Shown piece after piece: positions 15,001-26,800 of a stretch of 64,000 nt of DNA. Below the pieces are notes generated by a model that did no database searches, had not been told where the DNA came from, and saw nothing but the letters and a program-made list of their open reading frames with translations. Source of the DNA: Pristiophorus japonicus (Eukaryota); contig NC_092010.1 of the NCBI RefSeq assembly GCF_044704955.1, forward strand, positions 9,982,001-10,046,000. The letters run 5' to 3'. The stretch's first letter is position 1. Each line of letters starts with the position of its first letter. The position numbers and the translations under genes are program-made.

Positions 15001-18000
15001 TGGAGAGATCAGGTAGAACTACTCTACACAGGGGAATGGACAGATCAGATAGAACTACTGTACACAGGGGAATGGAAAGATCAGATAGATCTACTGTACA
15101 CAGGGAATGGAGAGATCAGATAGAACTACTGTACGCAGGGGAATGTATAGATCAGATAGAACTACTGTACACAGGGGAATGTACATATCAGATAGAACTA
15201 CTATACACAGTGGAATGGAGAGATCAGATAGAACTACTGTACACGGGAATGGACAGATCAGATAGAACTACTGTACACAGAGGAATGGAGAGATCAGATT
15301 GAACTACTGTAAACGGGAATGGACAGATCAGATAGAACTACTGTACACAGAGTGGAATGGACAGATCAGGTAGAAATACTGTACTCAGGGAATGGAGAGA
15401 TCAGATAGAGCGACTGTACACGGGGGAATGGACAGATCAGATAGAACTCTTGTACACAGCGAATGGACAGATCAGATAGAATTACAGTGCACAAGGGAAT
15501 GGACAGATCAGATAGAACTACATTACACAGGGGAATGGACTGATCAGATAGAACTACTGTACACCGAGGAATGGAGAGATCAGATAGAACTACTGTATAC
15601 AGGGGAATGGGCAGATCAGATAGAACTAGTGTGCACAGGGGAATGTACAGATCAGGTAGAACTACTGTATACAGAGGAATGGAGAGATCAGAGAGAACTA
15701 CTGTTCACAGGGAATGAACAGATCAGATAGAACTACTGTACACAGGGGAATGGAATGATCGGATAGAACTGCTGTACTCAGGGAATGGACAGATCAGATA
15801 GAACTCCTGTATACAGCGGGAATGGAGTGATCAGATAGGACTACTGTACACAGGGGAATGGAAAGATCAGATAGATCTACTGTACACAGAAAATGGAGAG
15901 ATCAGGTAGAACTACTCCACACAGGGGAATGGACAGATCAGATAGAACTACTGTACACAGAGGGATGGAGAGATCAGATAAAATTACACTGCACAGGGGA
16001 ATGGACAGATCAGATCGAACTGCTGTACTCAGGGAATGGACAGATCAGATAGAACTACTGTACACGGGGGAATGGATGATCAGATACAACGAATGTACAC
16101 AGGGGAATGGACGGATCAGATAGGACTACTGCACACAGGGGAATGGACAGAGCAGATAGAACTACTGTACACAGAGGAATGAAGTGATCAGATAGAACTA
16201 CTGCACGCGGCGGAATGGACAGATCAGATAGAACTCTTGTACACAGCGAATGGACAGATCAGATAGAATTACAGTGCACAAGGGAATGGACAGATCAGAT
16301 AGAACTACATTACACAGGGGAATGAACTGATCAGATAGAACTACTGTACACCGAGGAATGGAGAGATCAGATAGAACTACTGTATACAGGGGAATGGGCA
16401 GATCAGATAGAACGAGTGTGCACAGGGGAATGTACAGATCAGGTAGAACTACTGTATACAGAGGAATGGAGAGATCAGAGAGAACTTCTGTTCACAGGGA
16501 ATGAACAGATCAGATAGAACTACTGTACACAGGGGAATGGAATGATCGGATAGAACTGCTGTACTCAGGGAATGGACAGATCAGATAGAACTCCTGTATA
16601 CAGCGGGAATGGAGTGATCAGATAGGACTACTGTACACAGGGGAATGGAAAGATCAGATAGATCTACTGTACACAGAAAATGGAGAGATCAGGTAGAACT
16701 ACTCCACACAGGGGAATGGACAGATCAGATAGAACTACTGTACACAGAGGAATGGAGAGATCAGATAAAATTACAGTGCACAGGGGAATGGACAGATCAG
16801 ATCGAACTGCTGTACTCAGGGAATGGACAGATCAGATAGAACTACTGTACACGGGGGAATGGATGATCACATACAACGAATGTACACAGGGGAATGGACG
16901 GATCAGATAGGACTACTGCACACAGGGGAATGGACAGAGCAGATAGAACTACTGTACATAGAGGAATGGACAGATCAGATAGAACCACTCTGCACAGGTA
17001 AATGGAGATTTCAAAAAGAACTACTGTACACAGTGGAATGGACAGATCAGATGGAACTACTGCACACAGGGGAATGGACAGATCAGATAGAATACAGTAC
17101 ACAGGGGGATGGACATATCAGATTGAACTACTGTACACAGGGGAATGGAGTGATCAGATAGAACTGCTTTACAGATGGGAATGCAGTGAGCAGATAGAAC
17201 TACTGTACAAAGCGAATGGAGAGATCAGATAGATCTACTGTACACAAGGAATGAACAGATCAGAAAGAACTACTGTGCACAGGGGAATGGAGTGATCGGA
17301 TTGAACTGCTGTGCTCAGGGAATGGACAGATCAGATAGAACTACTGTATACAGGGGGGATGGAGAGTTCAGATAAAACTACTGTACACAGGGGAATGGAA
17401 AGATCAGAGAGATCTACTGTACACAGGGAATGGATAGACCAGGTAGAACTACTCTACACAGGGGAATGGACAGATCAGGTAGAACTATTGTACAGAGCGT
17501 AATGGACAGATCAGATAGAACTACTGGACACAGGGGAATGGAGTGAGCAGATAGAACTACTGTACACAGGGAATTGTCAAATCAGATAGAATTAATGTGA
17601 ACGGAATGGACAGATCAGATAGAACTACTGTACATAAGGGCAATGGACAGATCAGATAGAACTACTGTACACAGGGATATGGACAGATCAGATAGAACTC
17701 TGTACACAGTGGAATAGACAGATCAGATAGAACTACTGTACACAGGGGAATGGAGTAATCAGATAGAACTATTGTGCACAGAGGAATGTACAGATCAGAT
17801 AGAACTACTGTCCACAGGGGTATGGAGAGATCAGATAGGAGTACTGTACACAGGGAATGGAGCGATCAGGTAGAACTACTGTACACAGGGAAATGGACAG
17901 ATCAGATAGAACTACTGTACACGGGAATGGAGAGATCAGATAGAACTACTGTACACAGGGGAATGGAGTGATCAGATAGAACTACTGTACACAGGGGAAT

Positions 18001-19212
18001 GGACAGATCAGATAGAACAACTGTACACAGAGAAATGGAGAGATCAGATGGAACTAATGTCCACAGGGGAATGCACAGATCAGATAGAACTACTGTACAC
18101 AGAGGAATGGAGAGATCAGATGAAACTAATGTACACAGGGGAATGCACAGAACGGATAGAATTACTGTGCACAGGGGAATGGACAGATCAGATAGAACTA
18201 CTATACACAGGGGAATGGAATGATCAGATAGATCAACTGTACACTGGGGAATGGACAGATCAGATAGAACTACTTTGCACAGGGAATGAACAGATCAGGT
18301 GGAACTACTGTACAAAGGGGAATGGAGTGATCAGATAGAACTACTCTGCACAGGGGAATGGACATATCAGGTAGAACTACTCTGCACAGGGAAATGGACA
18401 GATCAGATAGAACTACTGTACACAGAGGGGAATGGACAGATCAGATAGTACTACTGTACATAGTGAATGGAGAGATCAGATAGAACTACTGTGCACAGGA
18501 ATGAACAGATCAGATAGAACTACTGTACACAGAGGAATGAACAGATCAGATAGAACTACTGTACACAGGTGAATGGACAGAACAGATATAACACCTGTAC
18601 ACAGGGAATGGACAGATCAGATAGAATTACTGTAAACAGGGAATGGACAGATCAGATAGAACTACTGCACACAGGGGAATGGACAGATCAGATTGAACTA
18701 CTGTACACAGAGAATGGACAGATCTGATAGAACTACTGTACACAGGTGAATGAACAGATTAGATAGAACTACTGTACACAAAAGAATGGAGTGATCAGAT
18801 AGAACTACTGTACACAGGGGAATGAACAGATCAGATAGAACATCTGCACAGGTGAATGGACAGATCAGATCGAACTACTGTACACAGGGAATGGACAGAT
18901 CAGATAGAACTATTATCCACAGGGGAATGGACAGATCAGATAGAACTACTTTACACATGGTAATGAACAGATCAGATAGAACTACTGGACACAGGGGAAT
19001 GGACCGATCAGATAGAACTACTGTCCACAGGGGAATGGACAGATCAGATAGAACTACTATACACTGTGAATGGACAGATCAGATAGAACTACTGTACACA
19101 GGGGAATGGACAGATCAGATAGAACTACTGTACACCCAGGGGAATGGACAGATGAGATAGAACTACTGTACACCGGGAATGGACAGATCAGATAGAACTA
19201 ATGCACACAGTG
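1..19212. repeat. ~36-bp tandem satellite array (consensus GGGGAATGGACAGATCAGATAGAACTACTGTACACA), roughly 535 units, open at the window's left edge
   Basis: The unit is visible throughout, and its length varies 34-37 bp, mostly through the G-run. The + strand is purine-rich. The short ORFs here are repeats of EWTDQIELLYTG / MDRSDRTTVHRG. The array decays into unique sequence at ~19212. Confidence 0.98.
1323..17278. repeat. Two tandem copies of a 7978-bp higher-order repeat within the 36-bp satellite (~1323-9300 and ~9301-17278)
   Basis: Identical ORFs recur at a constant 7978 offset: 1439/9417, 2306/10284, 2759/10737, 4227/12205, 6092/14070, 7414/15392, 8845/16823. Confidence 0.95.
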
Positions 19213-19283
19213 GTTTAATGGGCAGATTTGTTAAAAGCAGCATTGAGCTAAAATGTGACACACGGGTGATGATTTTAAACAAG

Positions 19284-19323
19284 CTGATATTGGGGAAACC
19301 TGTGTCAAATCATTCTCAGAGAG
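19284..19323 (+). CDS. Candidate small coding exon of an unidentified host gene (DIGETCVKSFSER); 5' boundary uncertain
   Basis: Near-consensus donor GAG|GTAAGC at 19323/19324. One frame ends in phase 2, matching the candidate exon at 20666. The acceptor (TTTTAAACAAG) is weak. Confidence 0.2.
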
Positions 19324-19639
19324 GTAAGCAGTTGCAGGAGAGCAGTCTGCAGGAGCCCTGTTACAGCAGGGAGCCTGTGTTCATGCTTTCTCACAAACTT
19401 GTGGATATTGTGGATCCCAGAGTATGGGTGGTACCAGGCTGAGCTTTGATCAAAGCTGCCTGTTCTGGTGGCATTGGATTCTGTTCTTGATGGCTCTGCT
19501 ACAGCGTCTTGAAGCATTTCTTCGATGCTGTGTTTGATGAGCCCACACAAGTTGGAAGTGGACTCGTCCGCGCTGTCCATGTGGTGCCCAGGCTGCTGCG
19601 AGATCATCCAATGCATTGAGAAATCGCTGATGCACATTC

Positions 19640-19793
19640 TTCATTTATATCGCACCTTTCACTACCTTAGCACGTCCCAAAACACTTCACCGCCAATGAC
19701 GTACTTTTGAAGTGTAGTCACTGTTGTAATATGTGAAACGCGGCAGCCAATTTGCACACAAGCTCCCACAAACAGCAATGTGATGATGACCAG
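19640..19793 (-). mobile_element. 3' fragment of a SINE resembling shark SacSINE1/DeuSINE-type elements
   Basis: CATTTATATCGCACCTTTC...GTACTTTTGAAGTGTAGTCACTGTTGTAAT...GCGGCAGCCAATTTGCACAC...CCCACAAACAGCAATGTGATGATGACCAG matches my recollection of the reverse complement of that SINE's 3' region. Not checked against a database. Confidence 0.65.
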
Positions 19794-20128
19794 AAAGTGG
19801 GAGCTAAAATCGATCGCCCCCTAAAACAGGTGCGGGGATCGCGATGTGCGTTTATCCTGTGCCTGTTGCTTCTGATTCAGGCAGCATACCAGCTTTTTGC
19901 TGCCTGCTAATTAACATGATTGTAGTGTGCAGCGTGCAACCAGCACTACGTATTGAGTGGCTGAATGCCTCAGCAAGTGGCCCAAAACTGTGAGAGGCTA
20001 GCACAACTTATCGCTAACCTGCACTACCTAAAGCCTGCCTCCATCTCCTAAAGGGGAGGTGCATTATGGCCGGAGCAGGTGGTGGAATTCATTGTGGAAC
20101 TCATTCTGACGTGGAAAAAGATGTTATA

Positions 20129-20350
20129 ATGGCACAACATGGGAGAGAGCGGACTCCAAGATTTTCAGACACTGCACTGTCGGCCTTGGTGGGAGATGTG
20201 CTCTATCTACAGGGCAAGGAGGCCCTCCAGACAAACTCTCAGGAGGCAGTGGGACCAGATTGCCATGGTGGTCAATACCAGGATTTAAGCCCCGAGGAAC
20301 TCGATGCCGTGCCGCAAAAAGTTCAATGACCTCACATGAATGGTGAAGAT
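20129..20350 (+). pseudogene. Decayed Myb/SANT-like DNA-binding ORF of a PIF/Harbinger DNA transposon remnant (remnant probably spans ~19800-20570)
   Basis: One frame gives MAQHGRERTPRFSDTALSALV. After a frameshift it continues ARRPSRQTLRRQWDQIAMVVNTRI*APRNSMPCRKKFNDLT*MVK. The RxPRFS...W..IA..VN....R....CRKKFNDL pattern is typical of Harbinger Myb/SANT (NAIF1-like) proteins. Two in-frame stops plus a frameshift. Confidence 0.8.
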
Positions 20351-20665
20351 CAGTGAATGTATCTTCAAATGCCATATCCCACCTACTTCACCACCAGCCT
20401 GTCGTGCTAACTGCCCAATGCACCACGCCCCATCACTCACCAACATTACTTTCTATCAATCAGGACTCATACCTAAAATTCAAAGCGGATGCCCCGCCCA
20501 CTTCATGCTCATTTTGGGGGGGAAGTTGAAAGTTCTCCCCAGGATGTCACTCCATCATTATCGCTGAATGCAGCTGCCCATAATAGGACGGAGATTTTCT
20601 GGCCTTGTGTCAATCACTGCCAGAAAATCAAGGTGCTACAAAACACGAGGGAAATCTTGCATTAG

Positions 20666-20830
20666 GTGTCTACATACCAGGATTAGACAGGGGAAAGTCC
20701 TGGCAGGAGGCCTGGTCCATTTTGAAGAGGCAGCCCGCCGACTCTGGGCCACTGCATCATCGTGCAGCCTTGTTGAGCTCCTGGAGTTGGTGCAAGAAGC
20801 TCCTCCCAAAAATAGAAAGAGGAATTTTCG
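20666..20830 (+). CDS. Candidate 165-bp coding exon (phase 2-2): CLHTRIRQGKVLAGGLVHFEEAARRLWATASSCSLVELLELVQEAPPKNRKRNF
   Basis: Acceptor TCTTGCATTAG| at 20665 and donor CG|GTAGGA at 20830. The frame is open (part of ORF 20568-20834, whose stop falls just inside the putative intron). The peptide looks protein-like but I do not recognise a homolog. Confidence 0.4.
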
Positions 20831-20870
20831 GTAGGATCATCTTCAGCTGGATCACCAGCTGCTGCTGGTC

Positions 20871-23800
20871 GGAGGGCACACTGACACTGGTAGGAACACT
20901 GACACTGGTGGGAACACTGAAACTGGAGGGCACACTGACACTGGTAGGAACACTGACACTGGTGGGAACACTGACACTGGTGGGCACGCTTGTACTGATG
21001 GGAACACTGACTCTGGAGGGCTCACTGACACTGGTGGGAACACTGACACTGGTGGGAACACTGACACTGGTGGGAAAAATGATACTGGTGGGCACACTGA
21101 CACTGGTGGGCACACTGACACTGGTGGGAACAGTGGCACAGGTGGTCAGACTGACACTGGTAGGCAAAAGGGCACTGTTGAGCACACTGCCACTGGTGGG
21201 TACACTGACATTGGTGGGTACATTGACACTGGTGGGAAGACTGACACAAGTGGGAAGACTGACACTGGTAGTCACACTGACACTGGTAGTCACACTGACA
21301 CTGGTGGGCACACTGACACTGGTGGGAACACTGACACTGGTGGGAACACTGACACTGGTGGGCACACTGACACTGCTGGGGACACTGACACTGATGGGCA
21401 CACTGACACTGATGGGCACACTGACACAGGTGGTCAGACTGACACTGGTAGGCAAAAGGGCACTGTTGAGCACACTGCCACTGGTGGGTACACTGACACT
21501 GGTGGGTACATTGACACTGGTGGGAAGACTGACACAAGTGGGAAGACTTACACTGGTAGTCACACTGACACTGGTAGTCACACTGACACTGGTGGGCACA
21601 CTGGCACTGGTGGTCACACTGACGCTGGTGGGCACACTGACACTGGTGGGAACACTGACACTGGTGGGAACACTGACACTGGTGGGCACACTGACACTGC
21701 TGGGGACACTGACACTGATGGGCACACTGACACTGGTGGGAACAGTGACACTGTGGGTCACAATGCCACTGGTGGGCAAACAGAAAATGGTGGGAACGCT
21801 GAAACTGGTGGGCACACTGTCACTAGTGGACACACTGACACTGGTGGGCACACTGACACTGGTGGGCACACTGACACTGGTGGTCACACTGACATTGGTG
21901 GGAACACTGACACTGGTGGGCTCACCGACACTGGTGGTCACACTGACACTGGTGGTCACACTGACATTGGTGGGAACACTGACACTGGTGGGCACACCGA
22001 CACTGGTGGGAACAATGACACAGGTGGGCAAACTGACACAGGTAGGCACACTGTCACTGGTGGGCACACTGTCACTGGTGGTCACACTGACACTGGTAGG
22101 CACACTGACACTGGTGGGAACATTGACACTTGTGGTCACACAGCTACTGGTGGGCACACTGACACAGGTGGGAACAGTGACACAGGTGGGAACAGTGACA
22201 CTGGTGGGAGCACTGACACTGGTGGTCACACTGACACTAGTGGGAACACCTACACAGGTGGGCACACTGACGCTGGTGGGAACACTGACACTGGTGGTCA
22301 CACTGACACTGGTGGTCACATTGACACTGGTGGGAACACTGACACTGGTGGGAACACTGACACTGCTGGGAACACTGACACTAGTGGTCACACTGACACT
22401 GGTGGAAACACTGACACTGGTGGAAACACTGACACTGGTGGGCATAGTGACACAGGTAGGCACACTGACACTGGTGGGAACACTGACACTGGAGGGCACA
22501 CTGACACTGGTGGGAACATTGACACTGGTGGGCACACTGACACTGGTGGGCACACTGACACTGGTGGTCACACTGACTCTGGTGGACCCACTGACACTGG
22601 TTGTTACACAAACACTGGTGGACACACTGACACTGGTGCGCACACTGACACTGGTGGGCACACTGAAACTGGTGGGCACACTGACACAGGTGGGAACACT
22701 GACACGGGTGGGAACACTGACACTGGTGGGTACAGTAACACTTGTCGGAACAATGACAATGGTGGTCACACAGACACTGGTGGGCACACTGACACTGGTG
22801 GGCACACTGACTCTGGTGGACCCACTGACACTGGTGGTCACACAGCCACTGGTGGGCACACTGACACTGGTGGGAATACTGACACTGGTGGGAACACTGA
22901 CACTGGTGGGAACACTGATAATTGTGGGAACACTGATAATGGTGGTCACACTGACACTTGTGGGCATACTGACACTGGTGGGAACACTGACACTTGTGGG
23001 CAAACTGACACTTGTGGGCAAACTGACACTTGTGGGCAAACTGACACTGGTGGTCACATTGACACTGGTGGTCACACTGACACTGGTGGGAACACTGATA
23101 ATGGTGGTCACACTGACACTGGTGGTCACACTGACACTGGTGGTCACACAGACACTGGTGGGCACACTGACTCTGGTGGACCAACTGGCCCTGGTGGACC
23201 CACTGACCCTGGTGGTCAAACAAACACTGGTGGGCACATTGACACTGGTGGGCACACTGACACTGTTGGACAGACTGACACTGGTGTTCACACAGACACT
23301 GGTGGGAACACTGACACTGGTGGGCACAGTGACACTGGTTGTTACACAGTCACTGGTGGGCACACTGACACTGGTTGGAACAGTGACACTGGTGGGAACA
23401 CTGATAATGGTGGGAAAACCGATAATGGTGGGAACGCTGATAATGGTGGGAACACTGATAATGGTGGGAAAACTTACACTGGTGGGTACACTAACACTTG
23501 TGGGAACATTGACAATGGTGGTCACACAGACACTGGTGGGCACACTGACACCGGTGGGCACACTGACACCGGTGGACCCACTGTCACTGGTGGTCACACA
23601 GACACTGGTGGGCACACTGACACTGGTGGGCACACTGACACTGGTGGGAACAGTGACACTGGTGGGAACACTGACACTGGTGGGAACACTGATAATGGTG
23701 GGAAAACTGATAATGGTGGGCAAACTGACACTGGTGGGCACACTGACACTGGTGGTCACACTGACACTGGTGGTCACACAGACACTGGTGGGAACACTGA

Positions 23801-26800
23801 CAACGGTGGGCACACTGACACTGGTAGGAACACTGACACTGGTGGGAACACTGACACTGGTGGTCACACTGACACTGGTGCGCACACTGACACAGGTGGT
23901 CAGACTGACATTGGTTGGCACACTAACACTGGTGGGAACACTGACACTGGTGGGAAAACTTACACAGGTGGGCACACTGACACTGGTGGACACACTCTCA
24001 CTGGTGGGCACACTGACACAGGTGGGAACACTGACACTGGTGGGCACACTGACACTGCTGGGAACACTGACACTGGTGGTGACACTGATACTTGTGGTCA
24101 CAGTGACACTGGTGAGCACACTGACACTGGTGGTGACACTGATACTTGTGGTCACAGTGAAACTGATGGGCACACTGACACTGGTGGGAACAGTGACACT
24201 GGTGAGCACACCGACACTGGTGGACACACTGGCACTGGTCACACTGACACTGGTGGGTACACTGGCATTGGTGGGCATAGGCACTGGTGGGTACACTGGC
24301 ACTGGTGGTCACACTGGCACTGGTGGGTACACTGGCATTGGTGGGTACACTGGCATTGGTGGGCACACTGACACTGGTGGTCACACTGACACTGATGGTC
24401 ACACTGACACTGGTGGTCACACTGACACTGGTGGGCACACTGACACTGATGGTCACACTGACACTGATGGTCACACAGACACTGGTGGGCACACTGACAC
24501 TGGTGGGAACATTGACACTGGTGGGCACACTGACACTGGTGGGCACACTGACACTGGTGGTCACACAGACACTGGTGGGCACACTGACACTGGTGGGAAC
24601 ATTGACACTGGTGGAAACACTGATAATGGTGGGAACACTGATAATGGTGGTCACACTGACACTAGTGGGCACACTGACACTGGTGGGAACACTTACACAG
24701 GTGGGCACACTGACACTGGTGGGAACATTGACACTGGTGGGCACACTGACACTGGTGGGCACACTGACAACGGTGGGCACACTGACACTGGTAGGAACAC
24801 TGACACTGGTGGGAACACTGACACTGGTGGTCACACTGACACTGGTGCGCACACTGACACAGGTGGTCAGACTGACATTGGTTGGCACACTAACACTGGT
24901 GGGAACACTGACACTGGTGGGAAAACTTACACAGGTGGGCACACTGACACTGGTGGACACACTCTCACTGGTGGGCACACTGACACAGGTGGGAACACTG
25001 ACACTGGTGGGCACACTGACACTGCTGGGAACACTGACACTGGTGGTGACACTGATACTTGTGGTCACAGTGACACTGGTGAGCACACTGACACTGGTGG
25101 TGACACTGATACTTGTGGTCACAGTGAAACTGATGGGCACACTGACACTGGTGGGAACAGTGACACTGGTGAGCACACCGACACTGGTGGACACACTGGC
25201 ACTGGTCACACTGACACTGGTGGGTACACTGGCATTGGTGGGCATAGGCACTGGTGGGTACACTGGCACTGGTGGTCACACTGGCACTGGTGGGTACACT
25301 GGCATTGGTGGGTACACTGGCATTGGTGGGCACACTGACACTGGTGGTCACACTGACACTGATGGTCACACTGACACTGGTGGTCACACTGACACTGGTG
25401 GGCACACTGACACTGATGGTCACACTGACACTGATGGTCACACAGACACTGGTGGGCACACTGACACTGGTGGGAACATTGACACTGGTGGGCACACTGA
25501 CACTGGTGGGCACACTGACACTGGTGGTCACACAGACACTGGTGGGCACACTGACACTGGTGGGAACATTGACACTGGTGGAAACACTGATAATGGTGGG
25601 AACACTGATAATGGTGGTCACACTGACACTAGTGGGCACACTGACACTGGTGGGAACACTTACACAGGTGGGCACACTGACACTGGTGGGAACATTGACA
25701 CTGTTGGGCACACTGACACTGGTGGGCACACTGACACTGGTGGTCACACTGACTCTGGTGGACCCACTGACACTGGTTGTTACACAAACACTGGTGGGCA
25801 CACTGACACTGGTGTGCACACTGACACTGGTGGGCACACTGAAATTGGTGGGCACAGTAACACTTGTCGGAACAATGACAATGGTGGTCACACAGACACT
25901 GGTGGGCACACTGACACTGGTGGGAACACTGATAATTGTGGGAACACTGACACTGGTGGTCACACAGACACTGGTGGGCACACTGACTCTGGTGGACCCA
26001 CTGGCCCTGGTGGACCCACTGACCCTGTTGGTCAAACAAACACTGGTGGGCACATTGACACTGGTGGGCACACTGACACTGGTGGACAGACTGACACTGG
26101 TGTTCACACAGACACCGGTGGGAACACTGACACTGGTGGGCACAGTGACACTGGTTGTTACACAGTCACTGGTGGGCACACTGACACTGGTTGGAGCAGT
26201 GACACTGCTGGGAACACTGATAATGGTGGGAAAACTGATAATGGTGGGAACACTGATAATGGTGGGAACACTGATAATGGTGGGAAAACTTACACTGGTG
26301 GGTTCACTAACACTTGTGGGAACATTGACAATGGTGGTCACACAGACACTGGTGGGCACACTGACACCGGTGGGCACACTGACTCTGGTGGACCCACTGT
26401 CACTGGTGGTCACACAGACACTGGTGGGCACACTGACACTGGTGGGCACACTGACACTGGTGGGCACACTGACACTGGTGGGAACAGTGACACTGGTGGG
26501 AACACTGATAATGGTGGGAAAACTGATAATGGTGGGCAAACTGACACTGGTGGGCACACTGACACTGGTGGTCGCACTGACACTGGTGGTCACACAGACA
26601 CTGGTGGAAACACTGACAACGGTGGGCACACTGACACTGGTAGGAACACTGACACTGGTGGGAACACTGACACTGGTGGTCACACTGACACTGGTGCGCA
26701 CACTGACACAGGTGGTCAGACTGACATTGGTTGGCACACTAACACTGGTGGGAACACTGACACTGGTGGGAAAACTTACACAGGAGGGCACACTGACACT

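Noticed and set aside
186-19160. Short ORFs with EWTDQIELLYTG repeats (WD or beta-propeller-like appearance)
   Set aside because: These are satellite translations, broken every few units by G-run indels and stops.
1-19212. CRISPR-like array (36-bp periodicity)
   Set aside because: Units are head-to-tail with no unique spacers, there are no cas genes, and the context is eukaryotic.
19305-19710. ORFs on both strands in the island (e.g. MCISDFSMH..., and + strand SVLKHFFDAVFDEPTQVGSG after an AG at 19504)
   Set aside because: No recognisable homology, and no convincing phase-compatible donor for the + strand segment. Not fully excluded.
20670-20725. Possible minus-strand exon MDQASCQDFPLSNP ending at |GTATGT
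   Set aside because: No coherent downstream minus-strand exon chain was found, and the + strand model explains more sites.
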